From: Tubiluchus corallicola
Taxonomy: Eukaryota > Animalia > Priapulida
Reading direction: 5' to 3'
Assembly: GCA_030141605.1 (NCBI GenBank)
Contig: JAQGDQ010000887.1
Location: 1 to 64,000 of the forward strand
Length of the DNA: 64,000 nucleotides
Shown: positions 11,925 to 24,865 of the stretch, piece by piece
Layout: each line of letters opens with the position of its first letter
Position numbering within the stretch: the first letter of the stretch is position 1
The notes under the pieces: generated by a model
Told to the model about the DNA's origin: nothing
Databases searched by the model: none
Seen by the model: the letters and a program-made list of their open reading frames with translations, nothing else
Program-made: the position numbers and the translations under genes

Positions 11925-12205
11925 ATACAAAACCCGTGTTTGATGATGCCAAACCTCTAGAAGCACACACTTCCCCATATCCAACTCACTTAATGTCCGG
12001 GCAGCCATTGCCTGACATCACCAGTGGACATGTGGTCAATATGCCAAATTCGTCATCCGGTAATAATCTAGAAGTAGCAAGTCAAGGGTCAAACTCCACT
12101 TTGCATGGACAGCAAGTTTCCGGTGTCTTTCCTAATCCGTCGCCTCCACAGGCTGTTCCGATTAATCTGGACACATCAACCGGTACCACCGCCAGCTCAA
12201 ACTGA
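11925..12205 (+). CDS. GATA4/5/6: GATA terminal coding exon
   Basis: Acceptor ttcttttag; (D)TKPVFDDAKPLEAHTSPYPTH...PSPPQAVP...ASSN then TGA; S/P/T-rich; followed by an AT-rich stretch without obvious repeats, compatible with a long 3'UTR (AATAAA near 13942). Confidence 0.85.
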
Positions 12206-14377
12206 TACATGGCAAATGGAAACTATAATTATGCTCATAATTCACTCTGCTCAATCTACTGTCAAGTGCACAATAATGCTCATTATCGTATGATTTTGAA
12301 AATAAAGGAGATCACTATATCTACAAAAAATGTCTTGCATTTTTACCATAGTAGTCACGGGAAGAGTGCTTTGTGTACATTCAATATCCAGCTAGATATG
12401 CTTTAGAAGTGCATCCTGGTTTTCCTGATGTGCAAGCTAAGGTAACATGCAGCTTTTTATGACACATTTGTCCTTGTTACCAAACTGCTAATGTCAAGGG
12501 GTCTAAACTGTTGATGAAAATGTCATGAATGTTAGCAAGAATGAGAAAATTGTTTATAGCAAATCAAGAAACTTGCTGTTGTGTTAAAAATAAATATTTT
12601 TGGTTTATAGTTCAGTTGCAACTAGTCCATTTCTGTGATTTTTATAACTAGTGTATTAGCATTAGGCCGGGGTCTTCCATACATAAATTATGTTTAGCTC
12701 ACTACATATACTAAGCAAAGTCCACCAAGTACCAATACGGTTTCTTGCTTTACTGTCTTAAGTATAAAACAGTGTCACCAGTTATTGGCGTTATGAATCT
12801 GTCAATATGTTTACTTACACAATACATTATAGCAGCCAATATTGCACCATCGTGTCAATAACTAATACTCTGCCATTAATTCAGTCCAAAGTCTACAACA
12901 TTGGAGTATTGTCAACAAATCAGCCATTTCGTACCTACAGCAAGGGCATTAAGGGGTTGTAGGACTGTAAAAGGGAATGCAACCAAATGGAAAGGAACCA
13001 AATGAGTCTACACAGATAATGTGTTAAGAAATAATGCTTTTTATGGAATCCATCTCTCTATAAGTTTAACCTGTCTTTTTGACCTAGTACACCTTTGCAT
13101 GAGCATACTTAGGAAAAGGATTTTTTGTGAATATATGTTGTAATATTCACCAAGCTGTGGACCAATAAGGATGAAGAGATTAGGAACATACAAGTGTGAT
13201 AATTATCACCCAACTTTTAATCTTCAAAAATTGCACAGTCACGCTAAGTTTATAACTGCAGGTAATTTGTAAAAATGGAGAACCAATGGAATAATGAGCT
13301 TTTATGGCAATAAATGCAGCTTACTTCCACTTCCACTTTCATTCCATTGACTTGATTTAGACGTCAATAATTGGACGAATCCATGTGAATAGCAAATAAC
13401 ACAAAGTACTACAGTTACAATCGTGAACGTATCTAAAAATCCTCATCACTAGGAAAATGCTAGAATGAGCAATGTCTAAGCACAGCTGCCATAACTTGTA
13501 ATTTCTACTGCATTTACCCAATTTCAGCTTTCGTCTAGTTTACTGTAAAATGCACATCTTAATCACAGAAAACAAAATGTACAGCCTCTGTGTAACCTTT
13601 ATACAGTTAGTCAAATTTGCACACTATTGTATTAATGAGTAATATAATTATCTACTGATATTACAATTAATTTTAGCATACGTGCGGCACTTTGCAAAAT
13701 GTATTTGAACGTGTACTTGGTATTATTTTCATACTGCACAGTGAGATTGTTAAAAACTAAAATCATAATAAATTGTTACTTACTGCCATTATAATGTTAC
13801 ATTTTTAATTGTTATTTGCTGTATAAAATCAGGTAAGTCTATTGTGACATATTGTCTGTAGCTATAATTATACTGGGTTACTGGCAGCTATATATTAATT
13901 TATATATAACTGTGTTATTACTGCGTATGCACTACAACTACAATAAAATTTTAATTATCTGGTTTTATGTTACACCTGTGGTATGTAAAAATTATTTTTT
14001 ATACTGAAATCATTCACTGTCAGATGCTTTTTATTTGGTCTAGAGCTTTAAATAATGCCTTGAAACTCTTGCCTTGACTTAATTACGTAGCCATGCTGTC
14101 TTTAAACAGATATTCGTTTACATTTTATACCCAAAGTTAGATAAATAAATAAATATGGTGTAAAACACAGTTTTCTAATCTTTCAGTTGCATTTGTCTTC
14201 ATTGTCGCACTACTTTTCGTCTCTTATTTAAGTCTTTAATTGAGTACGAATTCTTTAATTCGATATACACACATCCTTCTCCATGTCCAGGCAAAAAGTG
14301 CAAATAAAATTCAATTCAATTTAGTTCATTTTATGCACGCTGTTGCACAGTGCACAGAGACTTTGTGCTGTGTGCAG

Positions 14378-14777
14378 TAGGGGTGAGCATTCTCTACCAG
14401 AAAGCGAATTCGAATCGAACCAGTTTGTGACTTTCGAATTCGAATCGAACCGAACTTCAGTGTTTCGAATTCGAACCGAATTCGAATTGAGATTGAACGA
14501 TTTTCGAACAACATTAGTCTTACAAAGATCATGTGTATCACTACATTTTGTTCCGCAATAAAACGACTAGTAATTTGTTTAAAATTGTGCACAGAAATCA
14601 CTGCTAAATTACGCTAATTGCATGTTGTTTCAATCGTTTTAGTGATCAGGAACATATGTGATTGAAGTGCTGAATTATTCGAATCTATAGTTTTGGATTC
14701 GTATCGAGTTCGAACTAAAAAAACTCGTTCGAATCGAATTCGAACGTTCGAACTCGAACGTTCGATGCTCACCCCTT
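14378..14777. mobile_element. hAT-type MITE, 400 bp, with TTCGAA-rich subterminal repeats
   Basis: TIRs TAGGGGTGAGCAT ... ATGCTCACCCCT(T); 8-bp TSD GTGTGCAG (14370-14377, 14778-14785). Confidence 0.9.
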
Positions 14778-16733
14778 GTGTGCAGCATATATAGAAACGT
14801 AATTTGTTTAGTTTGTTTGACACCCATAAAGTAATACATATAGTACATACATACCCATAAAAATAATAATTTTATGACAATAAAAAAGACGATATGGTGC
14901 AGAAGGGACGCACAGACATACACTGCTTACGTGCACCTTGTAATGTAATACACAACATTACAGAGTATTCTACCTATTCCGTAGAATCCTCCTCAAAAAG
15001 CGTGAAGTCAGATAACAATATAATATCGTTATCACGTCTCCTGTCACCTACCTGCCTTAAAAGAAAACCGGATGATTGTGTAAACATTAGTTCAGAATAA
15101 AGAATGCTCTAAAATATTGAAAACTACAATAGTTTTTTAATCAAAGCTTAGATTAAATAATAATTACCTGGGATAATCAAATTTCGTTAAACTTTCAAAG
15201 CTCTGCGCGGCTTAGTGAATCTACTAAGATCTGCAGCGGTGCCTTTTTGTCACATTCGCGTGGCCGACAAATAGGCGGTACCGTTATTTGCATGATCATA
15301 AACTGCAGTGTTAGTTTCTGACGGCATGTGATGTGGGAGCTCATTTTCGTGATATCACGCGTTTAAGCAGTACCGTAAAACTTACGCAAACGTGCTTGAT
15401 GCGCAAGGGAAGATGCCTGCCTTTGCACAAACTGTGGTTAGTTTGTGACGTAAGCAATAGCTGTGTTCGGTTGCGGTTAATTTACTTTCGAAGCTAATCA
15501 TTCAATTATAAGAAACAATTGCTAACTTTTATTTGCAAGAAAATGTATATTTTGGACAGTGAATTAAAATGAGATTGAGTGTAAACAATCGTTCGGTTTT
15601 AAACTTGCATGACCCTTTAACATACATTTTGCCATAATGCTTTCTTGTGACCAACTGAAGCTACAGACTGTACTGAAATTCAGTAGTACAAGGGATTGCA
15701 TCACACGACAGCAGTCACATATTGGACAGGTACATCATATTACATGAATGGTGACCATAAAATGTAGGGTGAAATATATACACTACCGAATACTAATCAA
15801 ACTAAAGCAAAGTCTACTTGGCTTCGTTGATATCAGAATAAAGGTTATTTTGCATACAGAAAGCTGTGCTATGGTTTTCATCTGTTTTAATTTAGATTAA
15901 ATTATTAATTGATAAACATTGGAAATAACGTCTAATTACGCGGAACAATGAACAATGAATGATGAAAACATGTAGAAAGAATAAACTATCTCTGGCAATT
16001 ATTGTTTAATAAAAGTAACAAAAAATAGCTATAGGTGGCAGCAAAGACTAAATCAATACCTTACTATAGTAGATTGATTAGAATCAAAAAGCAATCGTGT
16101 GCGAAGGGACAATAAAGAAGAACAATTACTGCCGAGTAGCGACCCGTTCTATCACGGTCGTCTGAGCGGGATTGAGCATGCGTACACGTGATTTACGAAG
16201 GTGATAGTATTTGCAGAACTAAGCTGTTAGGTGTTGACTAGGCAGGCTAAGTAAAGGATTACCTGTGTTGGTATAGCTCTTTACTGCGCCTTTAAAGATG
16301 CGAGAAACCATAAACGGTCGTTAAGAACAACGAAGAAAGATGCCCAACAACAGGGGGCGGAAGTAGTACGCGAGCGCTGGACGTGTAATGTGGAACTTGA
16401 ATCTGCCCTAAAAATGAACAAAGTTTGCGTGTTTCATAAAACATTTTTTTCTGTGCAAATAGTTCATTTATAGCATTAATATTATTACAAAAAACCAGAA
16501 CCATCAACATATATATCTCAAATTGGCATCAAAGATTCATGTGTACCGTTCCTTTAAACAACTTTTGAATAAAAGTATCTGAGTATAGATCTACACGTAT
16601 GCAAAATATGTAATATTATGTCAAGTTACTAAACGTATTGTTTAAATTAAAACCGGACCCAGTCTTGATCTTCAGTCTACGATTTCAGCACCAGAAGATG
16701 GTAAGATATGAATGTAATGAGAAAGACTATATC

Positions 16734-16734
<1 letters not shown>

Positions 16735-16771
<37 letters not shown>

Positions 16772-16920
16772 TACGTACTCCGCAACTCCAGCACCTGGTA
16801 TTCCTAGTCGGTCACCCATCCAAGTACTAACCCACCTCAACGTTGCTTAACTACGGTTATCAGACGACAACCAGTGCCATCAACATGATTTGAACAACCG
16901 GTATCTTCAACGCCGTAGTC
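16735..16920 (-). pseudogene. 5S rRNA retrocopy or short SINE3 with (AAGT)n(AAGC)n tail
   Basis: 16789-16920 is 5S-like on - with an internal partial duplication; the tetranucleotide repeat lies at its 3' side. Confidence 0.8.
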
Positions 16921-17574
16921 GTGTATAAGCACCTGCTCGTGATATACAAGAATTGCAAACTTGCTACATTGCAACATATACTAATGCGTATAAATTGTCC
17001 TCAAATACCAGTCAAATCCACACTAAGTTTCGCTTATTAATAATCAGTATACAAATCAGTAACAACAGTATACAAACATGTTTAATATTAGCTTATATCC
17101 ATTCGATTTTTTTTTACTTTTTCAAGAACGGAGGTGAACGACTTAAAAAACCGCAAAAATTCCGATTTCCGTGATAAGTAATCTAGCTTGTCGCCTAGGA
17201 TTCACAAATATACGGAAATTTTGCTGTATCACACGAGAAGTCATTCCATCTGTTCCCATTTGCCCGCAGGATGGCGCAACTTTCGCCATCGCCGTAATTA
17301 TCCGGTTCGCCATCTGCTACGTCCCAAGAAGTAAAAAGAGCAGGTCCACCTGTTGCAAACCACCTCCAGCCACCCTCCTCGTGTATGTCGGTTAAACCAG
17401 TCCAAAAATTATCACCAGCTTTAATAAAAACAAAATATATTTAATATTAAATTTCCTTATTTACGAATTATATTTTCATATAATATGACAGTTATTTAAT
17501 TTTTGTACATTCCACAGCAATTATAACGTACTTTACGACTCCCATGAAACACTAAAATAACAAATATTATCAGT

Positions 17575-17967
17575 GATTTTTTTTCGAAATTTTGACCAAA
17601 CAGCATTCGGAAAAAACGCTCTAGCGGCGCCTGAGGGGACTCTCGAAACGAGATATATAGCTCTTTGGAAAGAGAAAGAACAGGGCTATACGATGATGTC
17701 TGCTATATTTTAGGACATGTCCACCAAGAGGAGTACCGACGAGTTAATTAGACTGTTCTATTTTTGGCGATTTTCGCTTGGAAAACTGCTCACGCAAAGC
17801 CATTGTTCTGACGTCATCCATTATACTCTATCTATAGCTTTGAACTTTAATTCAGCAAAAGCTTCTGGCTTTGTGTTAGGTAAGTAAACAAACACTAGGT
17901 AGGATGTTCGCGTATTTTTGATTATGAGTGGTTTTATACGCAAAATTTTTTGCGGGGCCTTTGCTAG
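17575..17967 (+). mobile_element. Non-autonomous Helitron copy 1 (3' part; 5' end unresolved, possibly ~17100)
   Basis: Homologous to 18338-18777; ends in hairpin CGCAAAATTTTTTGCG, then GGGCCTTTG, then CTAG. Confidence 0.75.
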
Positions 17968-18777
17968 TCTATATATTAATATTCTTGGTATGGCCTTTAT
18001 ATATATATAAGATTCGAGGCTACAGCCCGGACGACGGCACCATTTGCGGCGATCTATATATCAAACGAAATGTCTCGATCTAGTGTCGTCTCATTGATGG
18101 TTTATTTTTCGAATTGGGCCCACCGGGAGGAAGGGGGCGAAAAACCTAGAAAAATGGCCATTTTTCGGCCGTTTTTTGCAAAAGTTATACGGCTGAGATG
18201 TAGAGAACGGGAATGGGCCGAAGGTGGTGCTGGGTATGGATAGATAGCCCATTCAGCGATGGGTGTAATAGGCCTATTTAGAATTCGCGAGAGAGCCACG
18301 GGGTCCCGTAACGGGCGTTTTCCCGGATCCACCTCGCGATTTTTTCGAAATTTTGACCAAACAGCATGCGGGGTAAAACGTTCTAGCGGCGCCTGGTGGG
18401 ACTCTCGGAAGGAGATATACGGCTCATCACAAAGAGGAAGAACAGGGCTACACGATGATGTGGGCTATATGTTAGGACAGGTCCACCGAGAGGAGTACTG
18501 GCGAGTTAATTACATGTTCCATTTTCGGCAATTTTCGCTTAGAAAACTGCTGACCCAAAGCCATTGTTCTGACGTCATCCATTGTACTCTGTCTATAATC
18601 TTATAACTTTAATTCAGTAAGAGCTGCCTGCTACGGGCTTTGCGTTAGATAAACAGACAAACAGTAGGCAGGATGTTACGGGCTTTGCGTGATAAAAACG
18701 AGGACTAGGTAGAATGTTCGCGTATTATTGATTACACGTAGATTTATACGCAAAATTTTTTGCGGGGCCTTTGCTAG
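17968..18777 (+). mobile_element. Non-autonomous Helitron copy 2, 810 bp
   Basis: 5' TCTATATATTAAT; 3' hairpin plus CTAG followed by T; no TSD. Confidence 0.8.
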
Positions 18778-19764
18778 TTTATAATTAATTTTTAAGCTGT
18801 TTTCGGTATCAATTGTTGCTTTTCTTGAAGTGAGTTGAGAGGTTGCAGAGTAACAAAGGAAGAACTAATGAACGGCTTTCCTGCGTCTAGGAATATCCAT
18901 GAAAACTTCAAGAAGTAGCAGCAAAATGGACACTCCTGTTTACTGTCGGACTTTTAGAATCTGCAACATGAACAATAACGAATGTTAACTGCAATACAAC
19001 TGGAATGTTCAGTAATATGAGTGCACGTGTATTACAATCTGCACAGTGTTTATACCGTGACTGAAAAATGTTTGCTGACCTCGACTTTTTTACCGAAGGT
19101 CAACAAACCTTGCACCATTGTATGAGATTTACCGTAGGTATCTATCTTGTAAGTTACATGACAGTAGGTGCTAAGCATCTTTGAGTTATTTAAAGTAACA
19201 GTAAAAACTGACCAATGTTCAATTACTTTGATACTCTGACGCAAAGTCAACAAAATTTGTAACATTTTGTAACTGAAATCTGTAAATTATACGACCGTAA
19301 CTACTGAACTGGGATGCTACTAGGGACGGTAGCAGAGAGTTGTAATGAACTGACAGCAAAAACGAACAAATGTAAGTTCACCTTTACAACTTCCACGCTC
19401 ACCAAGCACTGCACCGTTGCTTGAGATTATATTGCAAGACAATTTTCGTGGCTCTCTGTAATTTTTTCGTTATTGACATAAATTTATTATTTAGATTACA
19501 TTTTCACTCATCTCAAGAGAACTAGTTACGACCACTTCTTGAAAAATTCTTAATGCACATCTACCCCACCCTGCCTGGCTCCATATTTGTAAAAAAGTTT
19601 TGCCCTAGCTCAAAGCTCTGGGAATTACAATTAATTTTGGTAGAGTTAGGGTTAAGGTAAATGATTAGGATTAGGGAAAGTTATTTCTTTTTTTCCTGTG
19701 CCTTTTTTCTGTGACTTACTTGTATGTGGCTTTTTTTACCTGGATTTACGCAAAGTGCCTACCC

Positions 19765-20259
19765 TGTAAGTCCAATAAAAGGTATGCAATTTTAACACAA
19801 TTAATACTGCAAAATTAATTAAATAATAAGATTAAAAACTTAATTAACGGCGGGCGAGCCCAACTATTGATGACATCACGAAATTATATAATTTCCAACA
19901 GCAAAAATATTCCACGAGCGTGTTTGTGAAGGGCTATATTGAAGTACAGTGCTACTGCAAGATATTCAGTGTGTTGTACTAAAACTAGGCAAGTTTTAAG
20001 GTAAAAACACGAATTTCAAATTGACTGCTGTGCTCACGCTTGAGCTGTCGAACGTGTGCAGTTTACCACAAACTAATACAACTGAACTGAAGGATACAGC
20101 GCCTGTTTTTTGTGCAATGCGTTTCGGAAATGCAGGCGCTAACGCCCGTCTAACTAGCGAATGGCGAAATGCATGTAACAGGGAAGAACTAGTGGCGCGA
20201 AAATGAAATTATGTTTGTGAGGTAATAATTCTTTAAGATTGGGTCCGGTTTTGCTTTGA
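19765..20259. mobile_element. Second, 5'-truncated copy of the Kolobok-like element at 9512-10129
   Basis: Collinear homology; ends GGTCCGGTTTTGCTTTGAA. Confidence 0.65.
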
Positions 20260-21697
20260 AAAAGACTTCCGAGCACAAGATTCCCAATTGATTGTTAGTA
20301 TGATTTTTCAATCTATCAGGTGGATTTGTGAAACGCGTGAGTGACTCCACGCAGCTGAAGTTTGATATTTTTCGGTTTGATACACGTAACCCTCTTTTAT
20401 ACCATTTTGATGTGTGGGCGTAAATAGGTAGATTACGTCCTAAACGTAAATGTGTCTTTTGCCTTGGGAGGTTATTTGTAATGAATAATGACTAAATCAT
20501 TCAAAGTGATTAAAAACAAATGATGTGTAAACCAGGTATGCTTATTATAATTAAACTGCTTTTTATTTCTCGCTTTTTCCGTTTTTGCCTTGTGCCAGTT
20601 ATACAAATTTACATGGAGTAAAAAAAAGAATGCATAGTCTTGGGATCTCATCACAGGTTAAGACAACCTCACAAGCTCCTTGTATTTACTATACGATGAG
20701 ATCGATGAGCTAGTGTCAAATATGCCTAGCACCCGATTGTCTATAAATCATCGTCCACACTTTGCTACATATTTTCACAATTCTGAACGTTGTTCTTTAT
20801 GAGTTATTCTTTTAAATAAATGTGATTTACAACAAAGTTTTAGTTCATTTATCCTAGTCGCATCTGTTTCCTGTTAGTCAATTACTTGCAGAACTAAACA
20901 TCTAGATCGTTACTATTTGTAGGTTCTCCGTATTAACAGACGGAGACATTCTGAGAATATTTTTTAATTTTTCGTGCTTTTACAGAGGTTCTATGGTCAA
21001 ATGTTACTTCAGTGTCTTTCTTCTTTTGGACCCACTTCAAAACATGTTGGTTTTGATATATCTCGTTGTTGTTATTATTATTATTATTCACACAGACTTA
21101 AATACAGTTTCCAACAGTCTTACAGGTAGCCATTTTTATAATAAATCTCATAATAATTATAATTGCACATATGGCATTACCTTTGGCAAAATTGAGTCGG
21201 CGACTGCTTGGGCGTGAAAGTTTGCACCCTCGGATCGCATGATAGCCTTGTCACACCATCTGTCGGAGGACTCATCATTGTTAGCGGGATTTGCATTCCC
21301 TGAACGATTTGCCATCTTGGCAAAACTCTTCTTATTAACAGACTAATGTAAGCATATTAAAATTCAAATGAAATACAGGTTTTAGAAGCCTTGGAAACAA
21401 TGTACAATATTCGTACTGCTCGCATTACAAAATCATTGTTCGGCGCTGTGGCGCTATTACGAGTTCATGCTTCCTACTTTTTTCCCAACGGCGCGTTCAG
21501 ACTAGCGAGTTTTCTGTTGCAAGTGTGAAGTGCTTTGCGAGTTACTGTCGGCAAGAATTTGTAAACCATCCGATAGATGCAGCGAGCTGATTTACTGGAC
21601 ACGAACACCTCGGGGAGTTACTCTCGACCTTTCTCGCAGTGAATACAGAAGTGTCAGATCGCGCTTTCTGTCGGAGGGTAACTCGCTCCAAGTTTTG

Positions 21698-21699
<2 letters not shown>

Positions 21700-21777
<78 letters not shown>

Positions 21778-21852
21778 CTCATTGTTCTCTCCCTTCTCCT
21801 TCATACACATCCTCTCTCTCATCTCTCTCGGTCTCTCTCTCTACCCCTCTCT
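21700..21852. repeat. (CT)n microsatellite
   Basis: Read directly. Confidence 0.95.
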
Positions 21853-23920
21853 AATTATAAATGTACATAATAATTCGGCGTCTCAATGAAAGAAACTTCT
21901 TAAGACTGACATTACTAAGCAGTCACCCAACAAATCAATTGCCAGGCTCGGCATTGCTTAACTTCTCTAGCCAAGCACACGCGATTACCACATAGGTATT
22001 CTTCTTGCCCAACATGAACAAGTAAGCCCAGTTTCATCCTGCGAAATCCGTATCCTTAGTTTTACCACACTATCCCTTTTCATTAATGGTACACATTGTC
22101 AAGTTTCATCAAGATTAAAACAGTGGTACAAAGTTAGTCTGTCAAAACAAAAGCAGCAGCGTTGAGTAGCAGCAGCGGTAACATCAGCAACAATAACAAT
22201 AAAAACAACAACAACAGCAACAAGATGATGATAACAAGACTAACCAGAACAATAGGTGTACACAATTATATTTCATCCAAAAGATGCATGTATAAAGACT
22301 ACTTAATTATTTACTGTATCAAGTTCGTGATCGTCTAACCATAACCAATCCTATGTCAAGATATTAACTAATTTTAAAATTCACGACGTACCCTTTGGAT
22401 TGAGAAGACATATTGCTGCGCTTAAAAGTCGATGATAAAAATCTGCGTAATTGTCATATACAATACAAACTATCAGCAAAATTTCAGGCAAATATTTCCT
22501 GGAATACAATTTTTGCTGTGAAATCTATGTCGTACAAATGATTTTTATTAAATGAGAGCACAGAAAATATTATTTCACATTCTGACTTTGCAAAAACTAT
22601 AACAACGACAAACTCACTGCAAAATACTCCTCTTTATAGGTCACCCGCAAGCGAGTAACAAAAATGGAAAAGATGACGTCCAAAAAGTTACTTTGTATGC
22701 CATGAAATTGATGAAAATGTAACAAAATAGTATGCAACGAAAATATGATGGTGGATTAAAAAATTTTGCTGTTAGAAATTTGCTATTTTTCCCTAGAACC
22801 TGAATGTAAAAATGAGGTATGTGTTGCACATAGCTGCAATTTTACGAAGGAGATGTTGTGGATTCCTTTATTTGGAAGTTGGGCTGGTTCTAGTCAATTT
22901 GTAACGATGGCCCAGTCAGAGGTTGCACTAGACGCCTTGTCTATTACTCCATTCAAAGTAACTTTGAATGAAGTGCCTGAACTTTGAATGAAAACATACC
23001 AGTGCGCTTGGACTTAGATTTTTGAGAAATTATTTACATACAGTTTGCAAAGATTTTTACACGCTCTTGGGCTCTGTAAGCCGGAATTCAGCATTCAAAG
23101 TCTATTCTAAGATGTCTGTGGCGGGATCTGTGTGTTTAGGCATGTTTGAATATACATGTATATATGTAAACCCTTTCTCAATGACCGCCAGAATCAGTAT
23201 GGCGAATGAAACCACCTAGACTGAGTATCGAACCCAAGCGATCACGATGCGACACATACTGGCGAAACTACTTGGTTATGAATCCACCTCGAAGATATGA
23301 AACGCATTGACACCAACAATTCTTCATACTGGCACTATTAGCTAAAATGTGCGATAGAACGAAATTCACGTTCTAGCAAAAGATATGTATGTTAAAACCA
23401 ACGAAATAATTTCAGTTTGAATGTTTTGAATGTTTGAGAACTGTTGACAAAAGCAGGTGTGTAGTAAAATTCTTGTACGCTGCCATGATTGCTTTCGCAT
23501 TTTTGAGTAGAATTATCTAAAAATCAAATTTGTCTTCGTTTCCAGTAAGAGCGCGTTCCGAAGTTATAAATATATATATATATATATATGCGCTGATTTA
23601 ACGTGAGAAATTATTTAACAAGGCAACTTTTAATCTTTTGCAATCGTAATTAAAACTTTCACACAATGAGCTAGAATCTTGTAACATCATAAAAGACCTA
23701 CGCTGATCACTGTTACAGTAACATGATAGTAGTACTATAGTCAATTAATGAATGTACAAGACATCTACGAAGATGACAGAAGCGATATATATATATATAT
23801 ATATATATATAGGTCTGTCTAGAAATTACTGAACACCAAAATTTACTAGAAAATTCACCACTAGAAACACTGCTACATCTTCGTGATTGAATTGAAATCT
23901 TATCTTGTTGTAGTAGAGTC

Positions 23921-24865
23921 CTAAATTGAGCTAACTCGCGCAATTTCTTTGAAATATTTTTCTTTTAGTAACTGTATGTATTGTAACTGACTCCTGCTTA
24001 ATCTGTCACATAAAGACGGGGTTATTTCTATCCGCTGGCTCCAAAATGATTCTGGGATAATTATTATTGGTGCTGACGAATAATCATTTCTCGCACTTCG
24101 ACTCTGGCACACCCTCGACACTATATTGTTAACAGTTCGAAAGTGCTTGAGTTCTTCCCCAAAATGCCTTTCTTTTGAGATTTTCAACCAAAAGGTTTTG
24201 TTAAAATGCTTAAATAAGGCATGATCAACTTTGCTCCACTTTTTATGTTTTTTTAGTAACGATTTATTGTGGGATGCTGCATCTGTGAATAAATTCTTAG
24301 AACTTTTGTTTTGTGAACGATACAAAATGCTAGAAAGAGGCCAGCACATCAACCTACGCATTAAAATCAATGACTCATCGAAGTAATTGCTGATCATAAC
24401 CAAATCGAATTCTGAATCGATTTTCCTCACGAAAGAGTCGATAATCGATTCGGTTTCGGATTCAAATTTCCCACCACCAAGATCAAAAGACATGAAGTTT
24501 CTATAGTAACTTGTTATTTTAAATTTCTCCCTCCAGCTTTCCGAGTCGTCCATAAACAAAGCCGTGGCTTCTGAGAAATCGTCGGTGACGTTCAATCGTT
24601 GGAAGTGATCAAGGAGCTTGAAATAATTCAATGCAGACATGAACTGACTAAATGGTTCCCGGATCGCGGTCACGTACTTTGTATCGGCTGCCAAGAGGTC
24701 GTCAAAGATCTCCCGGTTGTACAACGCATGCAGAGCGATCATATCAAATGTTTCTCTACCGCCGAGGAGCGGAAGATAATGTCTTTCCTTCATCTGATTA
24801 GGCCACCCTAGATTCCATTCATCAGTTGGAAGTACACTAGTCAGATTCCATTCGTCAGCAAACCT
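23921..24865 (-). CDS. GAL3ST: Galactose-3-O-sulfotransferase-like protein, last exon
   Basis: Acceptor tttcag then RFADEWNL...; motifs TAIREPFSQFMSALNYF (3'-phosphate binding), NFMSFDLG, FDLVMISNYFDESLILMRRLMCW and WSKVDHALFKHFNKTFW are typical of the Gal-3-O-sulfotransferase family; stop at 23921. Confidence 0.92.
   Translation of the reverse strand, partial: RFADEWNLTSVLPTDEWNLGWPNQMKERHYLPLLGGRETFDMIALHALYNREIFDDLLAADTKYVTAIREPFSQFMSALNYFKLLDHFQRLNVTDDFSEATALFMDDSESWREKFKITSYYRNFMSFDLGGGKFESETESIIDSFVRKIDSEFDLVMISNYFDESLILMRRLMCWPLSSILYRSQNKSSKNLFTDAASHNKSLLKKHKKWSKVDHALFKHFNKTFWLKISKERHFGEELKHFRTVNNIVSRVCQSRSARNDYSSAPIIIIPESFWSQRIEITPSLCDRLSRSQLQYIQLLKEKYFKEIARVSSI

Noticed and set aside
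14400-14765. Heat-shock element array or CRISPR-like repeat
   Set aside because: GAA/TTC spacing does not give three consecutive nGAAn units; no unique spacers; explained by a hAT MITE.
21920-21966. Fourth 5S-like fragment on -
   Set aside because: Too short and degenerate to call as a feature.
23100-23290. tRNA gene or tRNA-SINE head on - (B-box-like GGTTCGATAC)
   Set aside because: No cloverleaf can be built; at most a decayed SINE.
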